A DNA stretch of 64,000 nt from Microcoleus sp. (GTDB lineage: Bacteria; Cyanobacteriota; Cyanobacteriia; Cyanobacteriales; Microcoleaceae), in NCBI GenBank assembly GCA_052279835.1, contig CP181291.1:4160001-4224000 (forward strand), in the 5' to 3' direction. Positions 29,767-40,871 of the stretch are shown here, piece after piece. The translations under genes were made by a program, and so were the position numbers. Within the stretch, counting starts at the first letter, position 1; each line of letters begins with the position of its first letter. The notes under the pieces were generated by a model. The model worked only from the letters and a program-made list of their open reading frames with translations. It had not been told where the DNA came from and searched no databases.

Positions 29767-30996
29767 TTGAATATGCCTGCTTCTGACGAGACAAATAAGG
29801 CGGTTAACCGCAATGAAGCTTTACTCACAGAAATTCTCAAAATAGTTGATAGTCTCCCCAGCATTATTCCAATTAAAGGCGACTTTCAAGAGAAACTGAA
29901 CACTGTACGCTCTGCTATGCAAGGACTACGACCGCCAAGGATCATGGTAATTGGTCGATCTAGAGCTGGTAAATCATCATTAATTAATGCAATATGCGGT
30001 TTGAAAGTTGCACAAGTGAGTGATACAAAGCCAGAGACAGGCGAGGCTGAATGGAAAGATTATCATCATGACGGCGTTGATTTACTACATATTCTGGACA
30101 CACGCGGTTTACAGGAAGCAGAAGCTCCAAGACAAGCCGATTCAGCAAAAGATCCATTTGACAGCATCATGCAAGCTGTAAACAAAGAGTGCCCGGATGT
30201 TGTTCTTTTTATCTGCAAGGCGACAGAAGTTCATAGTGGTAGTCAAGAGGATATTGAGATTTGTACAACGATTCTCACGAAAATCAAGAACAAGTATAAA
30301 CGTGATTTACCAATGATAGGAGTTTTAACCAAGTGTGATGAATTAGCTCCTCCAAGGGTTACTTTACCCACAGATAACGAGAGAAAAAATCGCAATATTG
30401 ACGCAGAAGTTAAAAATTTCTATGGTTATTTACAACAGCGGGAGAAGTTGCGTTTTCATATAAAGGAGGTTGTTCCAACCGTTGCATATGCTGAGTATGA
30501 AGATGGCAGAAATGGCTTGATACTTCCTGACGAAGACTACCGATGGAATATCACTAAATTAGTTGAAATAATGATCCAATATACGCCAAGAGAAACACGC
30601 AGCTCTTTCGCACGAATGGCACACCTTGCAGAGTTTCAACTCACTGCTGCTAATACAGTTGTTGCAGCCTGTTCTGGATTGAGTGGTGTTGTCTCCGCAA
30701 ACCCGATACCTGGTGCAGCAATACCAGTGGTTGCGGCTATTCAAACTTTTATGGTGATGTATATCGGTTGGCTGAGTGGTCGGGAGTTTTCGGAACAAAC
30801 AGTCAAAGATTTTGCGGTAACTTTGGGAGTAGCTGCTGGTGCAAATGCTGGAATGGTGGGCATCGCTGACATTGCTTTAAAGTTCATACCTGGTTGGGGT
30901 AGCGTGCTGTCTGCGGGAGCTAGTACAATTGCTACAAAGGGTTTGGGCGATGCAGCAATCGCTTATTTTCTCAATAACGGTAAAGCCCACTCTTGA
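29767..30996 (+). CDS. Era-like GTPase with hydrophobic C-terminus (YcjF/DUF697-like)
   Basis: G1 GRSRAGKS, G3 DTRG and G4 TKCD; C-terminal PIPG and glycine-rich helices. Confidence 0.85.
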   Translation: MNMPASDETNKAVNRNEALLTEILKIVDSLPSIIPIKGDFQEKLNTVRSAMQGLRPPRIMVIGRSRAGKSSLINAICGLKVAQVSDTKPETGEAEWKDYHHDGVDLLHILDTRGLQEAEAPRQADSAKDPFDSIMQAVNKECPDVVLFICKATEVHSGSQEDIEICTTILTKIKNKYKRDLPMIGVLTKCDELAPPRVTLPTDNERKNRNIDAEVKNFYGYLQQREKLRFHIKEVVPTVAYAEYEDGRNGLILPDEDYRWNITKLVEIMIQYTPRETRSSFARMAHLAEFQLTAANTVVAACSGLSGVVSANPIPGAAIPVVAAIQTFMVMYIGWLSGREFSEQTVKDFAVTLGVAAGANAGMVGIADIALKFIPGWGSVLSAGASTIATKGLGDAAIAYFLNNGKAHS

Positions 30997-31065
30997 CTGC
31001 TAAAATAAGGGCGATCGCCTGTGATGATTGTGTTAAAATCAAGACGACTGAAAGAGGCAATTATT

Positions 31066-31326
31066 ATGACTATTCGTGAGATCGCGATCGCCAAATTACA
31101 GCAACTTCCAGAATCATTTTTGCCAGAAGTCAGCGAGTTCATCGACTTTGTGATGCACAAGCACCAAAATAGAATAGCTCAACCCAAAATCCCAGATGAT
31201 ATTGCTAAAGCTTGGGCAAAATGGTTCGAGGAGGTCGATCGCCTGGAAGTAACGACTAATCAGCCGGAGAGCGAATATCAGCAACTTCTACTCAACAAGT
31301 ATCGGCAACAAGGTTTAGAGCTATGA
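31066..31326 (+). CDS. DUF2281-type antitoxin
   Basis: KLQQLPESFLPEVSEFIDF; overlaps the PIN gene by 4 nt (ATGA). Confidence 0.8.
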   Translation: MTIREIAIAKLQQLPESFLPEVSEFIDFVMHKHQNRIAQPKIPDDIAKAWAKWFEEVDRLEVTTNQPESEYQQLLLNKYRQQGLEL

Positions 31327-31736
31327 TCCTATGCGATGCAGGAGTTTTACTTTGTCTGGTCGATCGCACTCAACCTCAGCACATTGCTTACCGAAATGCG
31401 GTTATGCCCTTAGCAAAGCCTCTCGTTACAACCTGGTCATGTCTGACAGAAGCCATGTATCTTGCTCTTCATCGAGGCGGATGGATGATGCAAAAACATT
31501 TGGGTCAACTTCTTTTAGATAAAATGCTGACAATTTACGAGATTCAGGAATGTGACTACAGCCGTTTATTGGAACTAATGGAACAGTATCGCGATCGACC
31601 AATGGATTTAGCTGATGCCACCCTAGTTTTGACTGCCGAAAAAACAGGGTATCGTCAAATTCTTACTGTCGATTCTGACTTCTTGTTTTATCGTATTGGC
31701 AATCGGGATAGCTTTGACATCATTCAAGTTCGCTGA
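31323..31736 (+). CDS. PIN-domain (VapC) toxin
   Basis: ILCDAG, LTEA, MDLADA and TVDSDF acidic residues. Confidence 0.9.
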   Translation: MILCDAGVLLCLVDRTQPQHIAYRNAVMPLAKPLVTTWSCLTEAMYLALHRGGWMMQKHLGQLLLDKMLTIYEIQECDYSRLLELMEQYRDRPMDLADATLVLTAEKTGYRQILTVDSDFLFYRIGNRDSFDIIQVR

Positions 31737-31749
31737 CAACCTTATTATC

Positions 31750-31977
31750 ATGCAAACCAAAACGATCGCCATTCGCGTTAATGCTGAAGTTGCTAAGCTA
31801 TTTGAGGCTGCTTCTGAAGAACAGCGTCGTAAATTAGAGGCATTACTTAGCCTGAAACTTAGTGATGCAATTCGACGCAAAAGACCCCTAGAGGAGGTAA
31901 TGAGTGAGATGAGTCGGAATGCTCAATCGCGAGGATTGACTCCAGAAATTTTGGATTCAATTCTTTCTGAGGAGTGA
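31750..31977 (+). CDS. Small probable antitoxin
   Basis: MQTKTIAIRV...RGLTPEILDSIL; ends 1 nt before a PIN gene. Confidence 0.75.
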   Translation: MQTKTIAIRVNAEVAKLFEAASEEQRRKLEALLSLKLSDAIRRKRPLEEVMSEMSRNAQSRGLTPEILDSILSEE

Positions 31978-31978
31978 G

Positions 31979-32389
31979 ATGCGCTACGTTTTTGACACAA
32001 ATGCAATTGTCAGTGCGATTCTGTTTGACAACAGTAAACCCGATCGCGCCCTTCGATATGCTTTAGCAAACGGAGAGGTGTTACTATCACTTGAACTGCT
32101 AGAAGAATTGAATGAGGTATTGGGGCGCGAAAAATTTAATCGGTATGTCACAAGTGAAGAAAGGGAGGAATTTTTAGCAGCCTTGGTGGACAGGGCGGTT
32201 CTGGTGGAGATAATTGACAATGTGCAAGAGTGCCGCGATCCAAAAGATGACAAGGTTTTGGAGTTAGCCTTAAATGGAGAAGCGCAGTATATCATCACTG
32301 GTGACAGCGATTTGCTCGTATTGCACCCATTTCGTGGTGTGGTAGTAATCACAGCAGACGAGTTTTTGAAGACGATCGAATCTGAGTAG
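31979..32389 (+). CDS. PIN-family putative toxin
   Basis: VFDTN, CRDPKDDKVL and ITGDSDLL motifs. Confidence 0.9.
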   Translation: MRYVFDTNAIVSAILFDNSKPDRALRYALANGEVLLSLELLEELNEVLGREKFNRYVTSEEREEFLAALVDRAVLVEIIDNVQECRDPKDDKVLELALNGEAQYIITGDSDLLVLHPFRGVVVITADEFLKTIESE

Positions 32390-32503
32390 TCTCCGTGGCT
32401 CAACTTTGCCATTATACCATTAGGAAAAATGCGATCGGCCACTATTGACTGCTAAAAAAGTGCACTCCTTTGTACGCCTTATGAACTACTAGGAAATTAA
32501 TTT

Positions 32504-32698
32504 ATGCTGACCGATGAAATCGTAGAAGAAATTCACAAAATTCGTCAAGAGTATGCCAAGTCTTTCAATTATGACTTGGAGGCAATATTTGCAGACTTGC
32601 AGAAGAAACAAGCTGAAAGCGGCAGAGAAGTTGTGAAATTATTGCCAAAGCGCCTTCTAGCAGGGCGTTGGAGCGGACGGGGTAAAAATATTATGTGA
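32504..32698 (+). CDS. Small hypothetical protein
   Basis: DEIVEEIHKIRQEYAKSFNYDL, a type of small ORF often found near toxin-antitoxin genes. Confidence 0.7.
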   Translation: MLTDEIVEEIHKIRQEYAKSFNYDLEAIFADLQKKQAESGREVVKLLPKRLLAGRWSGRGKNIM

Positions 32699-32718
32699 AA
32701 ATAGTATGTGAAAAAACT

Positions 32719-32753
32719 AAAGCCCTTTTCCGTTGTTGCGGGAAAAGAGCTTT
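32719..32753. terminator. Hairpin terminator downstream of 5S rRNA
   Basis: aaagcccttttccg...cgggaaaagagcttt inverted repeat. Confidence 0.65.
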
Positions 32754-32766
32754 AATTTATTATTAA

Positions 32767-32883
32767 CCTGGCACCGAGCTATTTTACCGGGCAGTGACCC
32801 GCCGAGTATCTTCGCCATAGCAACGTTTAACAACCGAGTTCGGGATGGATCGGAGTGGTTCCATTACATCATAAGCACCAGGA
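32767..32883 (-). rRNA. rrf: 5S rRNA (stand-alone)
   Basis: TCCTGGTG...GGAACCAC...CCATCCCGAACTCGG...AAAATAGCTCGGTGCCAGG, about 117 nt with a paired terminal helix. Confidence 0.93.
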
Positions 32884-32956
32884 AAGCCTTGAAAACTTTG
32901 AATCCTGTGTCTGCGTTAAACTTGATGCGCTGCATCTCTTTCGCTCGACACTTATT

Positions 32957-32985
32957 ACATTACCAAACTCCCCTAAGTTTGTCAA
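32957..32985 (-). promoter_or_regulatory. Sigma70-type promoter for the 5S gene
   Basis: TTGACA (32985-32980), 17-nt spacer, TAATGT (32962-32957), with an A/T-rich tract upstream. Confidence 0.7.
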
Positions 32986-33117
32986 CCCCTTTTTGAAATA
33001 TTTTTTTCCCATTGGACGCATGGCAGTCTAGAAACCGGGTTTTTTACGATAATACCTCGTTGCAGCCCACAGATTCGGTAAAAACCCGGTTTCTGTGGTA
33101 GAAGCGCGCCAGCCGGA

Positions 33118-33525
33118 TCACAAATCCAAAAACGCCGCATCCACACCCTGCTCTCTGCGAATCTTCCCATCCTTTACAAACCACGCCACAACCTGCTTAA
33201 CTGTTAATTGCTCGATCGCCCCTTCAGATTCTGCCGCAATTTGCCTCAAAGGCCGCAAAGACGCAATCACCAAATTCGTAAAAAAGTTTTCAAAACTAGC
33301 ATCAACTTGAATCGACTGTTGAATGCTCTCATCATTCTTAATCCAATCCATCACCTGCTGGTTAGACACCTCAGTTATCGGCAAACCAGTCTCCCCAGCA
33401 ATTTGCTTGAGAACCCTCAAAGCATAAATAGCCAAACGCGCCGAAAACTTCTCCTTCGACGACAACAGCGCCATATCAACTTCCGCGCACTCTTCCGGCT
33501 TTAAAAAATCAGCTAATGGTTCCAT
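33118..33525 (-). CDS. Hypothetical protein
   Basis: 135-aa ORF with plausible composition (LLSSKEKFSARLAIYALRVL). Confidence 0.75.
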   Translation of the reverse strand: MEPLADFLKPEECAEVDMALLSSKEKFSARLAIYALRVLKQIAGETGLPITEVSNQQVMDWIKNDESIQQSIQVDASFENFFTNLVIASLRPLRQIAAESEGAIEQLTVKQVVAWFVKDGKIRREQGVDAAFLDL

Positions 33526-33530
33526 AGTTA

Positions 33531-33735
33531 TTTGTTGACTACTGACTGTTGACTACTGACTACTGACTACTGACTACTGACTACTGACTACTGACTACTG
33601 ACTAATGACTGTTGACTACTGACTAATGACTACTGACTACTGACTACTGACTAATGACTGTTGACTACTGACTAATGACTACTGACTACTGACTACTGAC
33701 TGCTGACTAATGACTAATGACTGCTGACTAATGAC
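33531..33735. repeat. Long heptamer tandem repeat (CTACTGA/CTAATGA/CTGTTGA)n
   Basis: About 29 units, overlapping the sufR 3' end. Confidence 0.92.
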
Positions 33736-34394
33736 TTCCTTCTAGCAATCAAATAACCGCAGCGATGTTCCCCATCAATAATCCAGTGAGTCCGCTCCAC
33801 AGTACAATCAGGTAACACAGCCGCAAACATCTCCAACTCATTGCCACAGACACTCGGAAAAGTTTCGGCCACATTAGAAATAGCACAATTGTGTTCCATA
33901 AACACAAAACGATCGCCCTTAGTATTAAAATCAGAATCGCGATCGTCCACAGGATAACACTCAGCCATATAACCTTCAGCCTTGCGAAGCTCCACCAACC
34001 CACTCACCCGCTCTTGCAGCGAACCCGCACCCACCAAGCGGCGGTACTCCATCGCCTTGCGTTCCCACTGCTTTTGCAGAATCGAAATCACCTGCTCGCG
34101 GCCAACAGTCTCAGCCAAAGTATCCAGCAAAGAAACCGCAAAATCCCCATAACGATTCCCGAAGCGATCGCGCCCCAAACTGGTAAGCTCATAAATATGT
34201 TGCGGCCGCCCCATACCAGCCTGCACCGACTGATACTGAATCAGCCCCTCCCCCTCCAAATCCTTCAAATGACGGCGAATCGCCTGCGGGCTGATATCCA
34301 AAGCCTCCGCCAACTCCAGAGCCGTCGCTTTATCCCCCTTGAGCAAAAACTGCAAGATGTCTTGTTTAGTGGAAGTCTGCTGAGTCTGCATCAT
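33714..34394 (-). CDS. sufR: Fe-S cluster biogenesis regulator SufR
   Basis: N-terminal HTH; EHNCAIS...VCGNELEMF...HRCGY cysteines; divergent from sufB. Confidence 0.95.
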   Translation of the reverse strand: MMQTQQTSTKQDILQFLLKGDKATALELAEALDISPQAIRRHLKDLEGEGLIQYQSVQAGMGRPQHIYELTSLGRDRFGNRYGDFAVSLLDTLAETVGREQVISILQKQWERKAMEYRRLVGAGSLQERVSGLVELRKAEGYMAECYPVDDRDSDFNTKGDRFVFMEHNCAISNVAETFPSVCGNELEMFAAVLPDCTVERTHWIIDGEHRCGYLIARRKSLVSSH

Positions 34395-34420
34395 CTTCAC
34401 AAAAAAATATTTCTGAGACT

Positions 34421-34478
34421 TTGACAATATCACTATTGTTAATGTAGCTTAAAATATAGTTAAGCAACAAACCAGTTG
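34421..34478 (+). promoter_or_regulatory. sufB promoter with two SufR operator sites
   Basis: CAAC-N6-GTTG at 34465-34478 and CAAT-N6-ATTG at 34425-34438, 26 nt apart; TTGACA at 34421. Confidence 0.8.
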
Positions 34479-34583
34479 TTTAACTCAACCGAGCAGTCCA
34501 GCAGAACTCGCTCAAGCCCAGAGAGCAATTCACCCGTCTGCCATCTTTGAGAGCACTATCTAGAACACTGAACACCCAAAATC

Positions 34584-36023
34584 ATGAGCTCTACAGTCAC
34601 AACCCTAGTCAACCAACCCTACAAATACGGCTTCGTCACCGACATCGAGTCAGACACCATCCCCCGCGGCTTGAGCGAAGATGTAGTGCGGCTGATTTCC
34701 TCCAAAAAGAACGAACCGGAATTCATGCTGGAATTCCGCCTCAAAGCATACCGCAAATGGCTGACCATGACTGAACCCACCTGGCCTCATGTCAACTATC
34801 CGGCGATCGACTACCAACAAATTATCTACTATTCAGCGCCAAAACAAAAGCCCAAAAAGCTCAACAGCTTAGAAGAAGTTGACCCGACACTACTAGAAAC
34901 CTTCGAGAAACTAGGCATTCCCCTCTCCGAACAAAAGCGCCTGGGAAATGTCGCCGTCGATGCCGTTTTCGACAGCGTTTCCATCGCCACCACATTTAGA
35001 GAAAAACTAGCCAAAGACGGCGTTATCTTCTGTTCCATCTCCGAAGCCGTCAAAGATTATCCCGAACTCATAGAAAAATATCTCGGCAGCGTTGTACCCG
35101 TTGGCGACAACTTTTTCGCAGCCCTCAACTCCGCCGTATTCAGCGACGGTTCCTTCGTTTACATCCCCAAAGGCGTCAAATGCCCCATGGAATTGTCCAC
35201 CTATTTCCGCATCAACAACGGAGATTCCGGCCAATTCGAGCGCACCCTAATTGTCGCAGAAGAAAACAGCTCTGTTTCTTACCTCGAAGGCTGCACCGCA
35301 CCCATGTTTGACACCAACCAACTACACGCCGCCGTCGTGGAATTGGTAACAATGGACAATGCTGATATCAAATATTCAACAGTACAAAACTGGTACGCCG
35401 GCGACGCTAATGGTAAAGGTGGCATTTACAACTTTGTGACTAAGCGTGGCCTATGTCAAGGAGTCAATTCCAAGATTTCTTGGACGCAAGTAGAAACCGG
35501 TTCCGCGATTACTTGGAAATATCCCAGTTGCGTATTAGTCGGTGACAACTCTGTAGGCGAATTCTACTCGGTAGCACTGACAAACAACAAGCAGCAAGCT
35601 GACACTGGAACGAAAATGATCCACGTCGGCAAAAACACTCGCAGCACAATTATTTCCAAGGGAATATCGGCGGGAAATTCTGCCAACAGCTATCGCGGCT
35701 TGGTGAAAATGGGGCCCAACGCTAAGGGCGCTCGCAATTATTCTCAGTGCGATTCCATGCTGATTGGTGATAACGCTCAAGCGAATACTTTCCCCTATAT
35801 TCAAGTGCAGAACCATACTGCTAAAGTGGAACACGAAGCATCGACTTCTAAAATTGGGGAAGAGCAATTGTTCTTCTTCGCCCAGCGGGGAATTTCCGCA
35901 GAAAATGCAATTTCAATGATGATTAGCGGTTTCTGCAAAGATGTTTTCAATCAGTTACCGATGGAATTTGCGGCGGAAGCTGATAAGTTGTTGAGTCTGA
36001 AGTTGGAAGGAAGTGTCGGGTAG
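34584..36023 (+). CDS. sufB: Fe-S cluster assembly protein SufB
   Basis: [26 protein letters not shown] and EHEASTSKI motifs. Confidence 0.98.
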   Translation: MSSTVTTLVNQPYKYGFVTDIESDTIPRGLSEDVVRLISSKKNEPEFMLEFRLKAYRKWLTMTEPTWPHVNYPAIDYQQIIYYSAPKQKPKKLNSLEEVDPTLLETFEKLGIPLSEQKRLGNVAVDAVFDSVSIATTFREKLAKDGVIFCSISEAVKDYPELIEKYLGSVVPVGDNFFAALNSAVFSDGSFVYIPKGVKCPMELSTYFRINNGDSGQFERTLIVAEENSSVSYLEGCTAPMFDTNQLHAAVVELVTMDNADIKYSTVQNWYAGDANGKGGIYNFVTKRGLCQGVNSKISWTQVETGSAITWKYPSCVLVGDNSVGEFYSVALTNNKQQADTGTKMIHVGKNTRSTIISKGISAGNSANSYRGLVKMGPNAKGARNYSQCDSMLIGDNAQANTFPYIQVQNHTAKVEHEASTSKIGEEQLFFFAQRGISAENAISMMISGFCKDVFNQLPMEFAAEADKLLSLKLEGSVG

Positions 36024-36096
36024 AAGGAAGAAGTCACCCCCCTGCCCCCCACCCCCCCCTACCCCCCCCCAAGGGGGGAAGGAAGAAGGAAGAAAA

Positions 36097-36222
36097 TTCC
36101 TCGTTCCCAGGCTCTGCCTGGGAACGCATATCTAGAGGCTCTGCCTCGCATTTCTCTCCCGCGTTTCCGGCGAGGCCGAGCCTCGTGACACGCATTCCTA
36201 GGCAGAGCCTAGGAACGAGGAA
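36097..36222. repeat. Palindromic MITE/REP-like element
   Basis: ttcctcgttcccaggctctgcctgggaa...ttcctaggcagagcctaggaacgaggaa long inverted repeat. Confidence 0.8.
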
Positions 36223-36272
36223 GACGAGGAAGAAAAAACTGTAAACTCCATTGAGGCAAAGGAAAAAAATAG

Positions 36273-37064
36273 ATGATTGTTGAAAATAGTCAAGTGGTAT
36301 TGTCAGTCCGCAACTTAACTGCGAATGTCGAAGATACCCAAATCCTAAAAGGTTTGAACCTAGAAATTAAATCCGGCGAAATCCACGCCATCATGGGCCC
36401 CAACGGTTCAGGAAAAAGCACCTTATCCAAAATCTTAGCCGGCCATCCTGCTTATACGGTGACAGGCGGAGAAGTCACCTTTTTAGGGCAAGATTTACTA
36501 GAATTAGCACCAGAAGAACGCTCTCTGGCTGGAGTGTTTCTAGCTTTTCAATATCCTTTAGAAATTCCCGGTGTCAGCAATCTCGATTTTTTGCGCGTGG
36601 CTTACAACGCTCACCTGAAACATCGCGAATTGGAAGAATTAGATGCTTTTGATTTCCAAGATTTGATCGAGCAAAAACTGGATATTGTTAAGATGAATTC
36701 GGCATTTTTAGACCGCAGCGTGAATGAGGGTTTTTCCGGTGGCGAGAAGAAGCGCAACGAGATTTTGCAAATGGCGCTTTTAGAACCGAAGTTAGCGATT
36801 TTGGATGAGACAGATTCTGGTTTGGATATCGATGCTCTCAAGATTGTCGCTGGCGGTGTGAATCAATTGTCAACTGCCGAAAATTGTATGTTAGTGATTA
36901 CTCACTATCAGCGGTTGTTGAATTACATTATTCCTGATTTTATTCACGTCATGGAAGGCGGCCGAATTATCGCGACTGGCCCGAAAGAGTTGGCGCTGGA
37001 GTTGGAAGAACGCGGTTATGACTGGATTTTAGAAGAAGAAGCAGCAGGAGTTGGCGCGCGATGA
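36273..37064 (+). CDS. sufC: Fe-S cluster assembly ATPase SufC
   Basis: [19 protein letters not shown] and LDETDSGLD motifs. Confidence 0.98.
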   Translation: MIVENSQVVLSVRNLTANVEDTQILKGLNLEIKSGEIHAIMGPNGSGKSTLSKILAGHPAYTVTGGEVTFLGQDLLELAPEERSLAGVFLAFQYPLEIPGVSNLDFLRVAYNAHLKHRELEELDAFDFQDLIEQKLDIVKMNSAFLDRSVNEGFSGGEKKRNEILQMALLEPKLAILDETDSGLDIDALKIVAGGVNQLSTAENCMLVITHYQRLLNYIIPDFIHVMEGGRIIATGPKELALELEERGYDWILEEEAAGVGAR

Positions 37065-38383
37065 TGAATACGCAAGTTGCTACTAGAGAAATGTTTTTGG
37101 CTGGTTTGGTAAATCAGTGCGAAAAGTTGGGCGCAGCTAATGCCAAAACAGCCGTTTTCGGGTTGCAGGAATTGCGAGATGCTGCGGCTGAATACGTGCT
37201 GGCGGCCAGTTTTCCGACTGTAAAAGACGAAGAATGGCGGTTTACTGATTTGTCTCCGCTGTTACCAATTCAGTTTAATGTGCCCCAGAGTAATCAGTCA
37301 GCAATTAAGTTGTCTGATATTACTATGCCTGTGAAAAACAAGGACGATTTACCTTTAAGATTGGTATTTGTCAACGGTATTTATGCGCCGGATTTGTCAG
37401 CGGTGAATTTGCCGGACTTTTATGTAGGTAATCTATCCAATGCACCGGAAAAATATCAGGCGCGCATCGCCGATGTTTTGGGCCAGCACAGACAGCCGAA
37501 TGAGGTTTTTACTGCTCTAAATATCGCGGGTTTGGTGGATTCTGCGGTGGTGTTCGTACCGGCTAATATGTCGATCGCCCTTCCGATTCATTTGCTGTTC
37601 CTGACCGCACCAGGGGCATCTCCGACGATGTGTCAGCCACACTGTGTGGTTATAGCAGAGCCTGGAAGCAATGTCACGCTAATTGAAGACTACGCCACTA
37701 TTGGTAATATGGCAGCATTTACGAATGCTGTTACCGATGTAGTTGTCGGCGAAAATGCTGCGGTGAATCATGTTCGACTCCAGCGGGAAGCTGGGGATGT
37801 TGTTCATATTGGCAAAAGTGCGATCGTCCAATCTCGCAATAGCCGTTATACTTGTCATGCTATCAGCTTGGGTGGCAAAATATCCCGGCACAATTTAGAA
37901 GTCTTCCAGCACGGCGAAGCCACTGAAACAACTCTCAATGGTTTAACCGTAGCCTTTGGCGAACAACTATCCGACACTCACAGCTTGATTAATTTCAATC
38001 ATCCCCACGGTACAAGCCGCCAACTGCACAAGTGCATTATCGGTAACAGAGCTCGTGCTGTATTTAACGGCAAAGTTTTCGTTTCCAAAGCCGCCCAATT
38101 AACAGATGCGGGACAGTTGAGCCGGAATTTGTTGCTGTCATCAAGAGCCCGCGTAGACACTAAACCGCAGTTGGAAATTGTGGCCGACAACGTGAAATGT
38201 TCCCACGGTGCAACAGTCAGCCAATTAGAAGACGATGAACTTTTCTACTTGCAAAGTCGCGGTTTAGATTTAGAGAGAAGCCGCTATTTGCTGATTGATG
38301 CTTTTGCCGCGGAAATTCTGGATAAACTGCCAATTATGGGGGTAGCAAAAATGCTTTCTACCTGCGTGGCTGTCCAAAATTAA
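37061..38383 (+). CDS. sufD: Fe-S cluster assembly protein SufD
   Basis: EEWRFTDL and [21 protein letters not shown] motifs. Confidence 0.97.
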   Translation: MMNTQVATREMFLAGLVNQCEKLGAANAKTAVFGLQELRDAAAEYVLAASFPTVKDEEWRFTDLSPLLPIQFNVPQSNQSAIKLSDITMPVKNKDDLPLRLVFVNGIYAPDLSAVNLPDFYVGNLSNAPEKYQARIADVLGQHRQPNEVFTALNIAGLVDSAVVFVPANMSIALPIHLLFLTAPGASPTMCQPHCVVIAEPGSNVTLIEDYATIGNMAAFTNAVTDVVVGENAAVNHVRLQREAGDVVHIGKSAIVQSRNSRYTCHAISLGGKISRHNLEVFQHGEATETTLNGLTVAFGEQLSDTHSLINFNHPHGTSRQLHKCIIGNRARAVFNGKVFVSKAAQLTDAGQLSRNLLLSSRARVDTKPQLEIVADNVKCSHGATVSQLEDDELFYLQSRGLDLERSRYLLIDAFAAEILDKLPIMGVAKMLSTCVAVQN

Positions 38384-38400
38384 CTCATATTTGAACAGCA

Positions 38401-38464
38401 TGTAGGGGCGGGTTTCACGAATAATCATTGCTTAAAACCAACAATCTCATCAACCCGCCCCCAC
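38401..38464. repeat. REP-like GTAGGGGCG element
   Basis: tgtaggggcgggtt...aacccgcccccac; an inverted relative lies at 56311-56372. Confidence 0.7.
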
Positions 38465-38490
38465 CCAACGACAAATCACTTCTAAAAAAT

Positions 38491-39753
38491 ATGACACTTA
38501 TTCAAGAAAAAACCTTAGCCTCAAAAGTTCGCGGTGACTTCCCAATTCTGAAGGAAAAAGTCAACGGTAAACCGCTAGTTTATCTCGACAATGCAGCTAC
38601 ATCTCAAAAACCTTTAGCTGTCCTCAATGCTTGGCGTGATTACTACGAAAAATACAATTCCAACGTCCACCGCGGTGCCCATACTCTCAGTGGAAAAGCC
38701 ACAGATGCTTACGAAGGCGCTAGAGATAAAGTGGCTGCTTTTATCAATGCAGCTTCCCGCCAAGAAATTGTCTACACTCGCAATGCTACCGAAGCGATTA
38801 ATTTAGTTGCTTACTCTTGGGGTTTGAACAATCTGCAAGCGGGAGATGAGATTATCCTGTCAGTAATGGAACACCACAGCAATCTCGTTCCTTGGCAAAT
38901 GATAGCTCAAAAAACTGGTGCCGTACTCAAGTTTGTGGAATTAACTGAGACTCAGGAGTTTGATTTAGAACAGTTTAAAACGCTGATTTCCTCTCGAACT
39001 AAGTTAGTCTCCATAGTTCATGTTTCTAATACTTTGGGCTGCATCAATCCAGTTAAAGAAATCTGCGCAATCGCCCACACTTATGGCGCAAAAGTTTTAA
39101 TTGACGCTTGCCAAAGTGTACCACATATGGTAATAGATGTGCAGGCAATGGATTGCGATTGGTTGGTTGCTTCCGGGCACAAAATGTGCGCTCCCACTGG
39201 CATCGGTTTTTTGTATGGCAAGTTGGATTTACTCAGAGAAATGCCTCCATTTTTTGGCGGTGGTGAAATGATTGCTGAGGTGTTTCTCGAATATTCCACC
39301 TATGCCGATTTGCCGCACAAGTTTGAAGCGGGCACGCCTGCCATCGGAGAGGCGATCGCCCTTGGTGCCGCGATCGATTATCTTAGTAACATCGGCATGG
39401 ATAAGATTCACGCTTGCGAAGCCGAATTGACGGCTTATCTGTTCCAACAATTGCGCCAAATTCCCGAAATTAAAATCTATGGGCCACAACCAGACAGCAA
39501 CGGTGAAGGTAGGGCGGCGTTAGCGGCATTTACAGCGGGAGAAATTCACCCTCAAGACTTGGCTACCATGTTGGATGAGGAGGGAATCGCAATTCGATCG
39601 GGGCATCACTGCACGCAAGCTTTGCACCGCTATTTGAACCTTTCATCGACGGCGCGGGCGAGTTTGTATTTTTACAACACTTACGAGGAAATTGATGTGT
39701 TTGTGAAATCGTTGAAAGAGACGATCGACTTTTTCGCCGGGATTATGGGATAA
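38491..39753 (+). CDS. sufS: Cysteine desulfurase SufS
   Basis: [16 protein letters not shown] and RSGHHC motifs; ATG at 38491. Confidence 0.97.
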   Translation: MTLIQEKTLASKVRGDFPILKEKVNGKPLVYLDNAATSQKPLAVLNAWRDYYEKYNSNVHRGAHTLSGKATDAYEGARDKVAAFINAASRQEIVYTRNATEAINLVAYSWGLNNLQAGDEIILSVMEHHSNLVPWQMIAQKTGAVLKFVELTETQEFDLEQFKTLISSRTKLVSIVHVSNTLGCINPVKEICAIAHTYGAKVLIDACQSVPHMVIDVQAMDCDWLVASGHKMCAPTGIGFLYGKLDLLREMPPFFGGGEMIAEVFLEYSTYADLPHKFEAGTPAIGEAIALGAAIDYLSNIGMDKIHACEAELTAYLFQQLRQIPEIKIYGPQPDSNGEGRAALAAFTAGEIHPQDLATMLDEEGIAIRSGHHCTQALHRYLNLSSTARASLYFYNTYEEIDVFVKSLKETIDFFAGIMG

Positions 39754-40022
39754 GTTTGTAGTTTGGGTATTTCCCCACCACCTAATTATTAATCCGATCG
39801 ATCTCAAATGCACAAATTAACTGATTCATAAGTGAGAAAAGAGTTAATTATAGGAACTCAGCACTTACTAACAAAATCTATCTTTAGGGTGATGGCTGCC
39901 ATCACCTTTGACCTTCCATTATGACACTTAGGTAATGTAAAAGTTAAATCATTGTGGAATTCCTGAAGCTAGGATTTTTGGCCCGTATGTTTACTGAGTT
40001 CTTATTTAACTAGAGGTTCACC

Positions 40023-40646
40023 ATGAAACCTTCCGAGTCAGAATCAGTACCATCCAGCTTCTTTGATGAAACCTATCGCCAAAGTACAGATCCTTGGAGA
40101 TACACCTCTAGCTTTTACGAAACCAGTAAATTCAGAACAACAATCAGATCCTTGCCCAAAGGCAGATTCAAAAATGCTTTTGAAATCGGATGTGCTATCG
40201 GCGTACTGACGGAGAAACTAGCTCAAAAATGTGATAAATTGCTGTCAGTGGATTATTCAGAAGTAGGATTGCAAGAAGCCCGGAAACGCTGTAGAAACCT
40301 GCCCCAGGTGCGGTTTGAGCAGATGCAAATACCCCAACAGTTTCCCACTGAGCAATTCGATTTCATTTTATTCTCAGAAGTTGGCTATTATTTGACGAAA
40401 GAAGACCTCCAGAAAACCCAGGAAAAAATCATTAATCAATTACTTCCCGGCGGTTATCTTTTGATGGTTCACTTTAGGTATCCAGTAGAAAGCTTCATCT
40501 TGAATGGTGACATAGTTCACGATACTTTTGTCGAAAATTCTGCCTCATCTTTGAAGCACCTAGGCGATCCGCGCAAAAAGTTTTTGATGCTAGATTTAGC
40601 CCGTCATCACAAACGCTATCGGATGGATTTGTTTCAGCGTTTGTAA
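40023..40646 (+). CDS. SAM-dependent methyltransferase (NodS-like), copy 1
   Basis: DPW..YE, FEIGCAIG and FSEVGYYL motifs. Confidence 0.88.
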   Translation: MKPSESESVPSSFFDETYRQSTDPWRYTSSFYETSKFRTTIRSLPKGRFKNAFEIGCAIGVLTEKLAQKCDKLLSVDYSEVGLQEARKRCRNLPQVRFEQMQIPQQFPTEQFDFILFSEVGYYLTKEDLQKTQEKIINQLLPGGYLLMVHFRYPVESFILNGDIVHDTFVENSASSLKHLGDPRKKFLMLDLARHHKRYRMDLFQRL

Positions 40647-40871
40647 GTCTTATTAGCAGATAGATTGAATCAGGGTGTATCGACTATTAAGGGTCGATCG
40701 CCCTTTTTTCATGGTCTAGGAATTATTTAACCGCAGAGAACACAGAGGACACAGAGGGAGAAAATAGAGGTCTGAATACAGGTTTTGATATAATTCAAAA
40801 ATCTGATGCAGCATATTTGGTACTTTCTGGTATTATATATTTCAATAATATTTGACACAGAGAGGTTAGTA

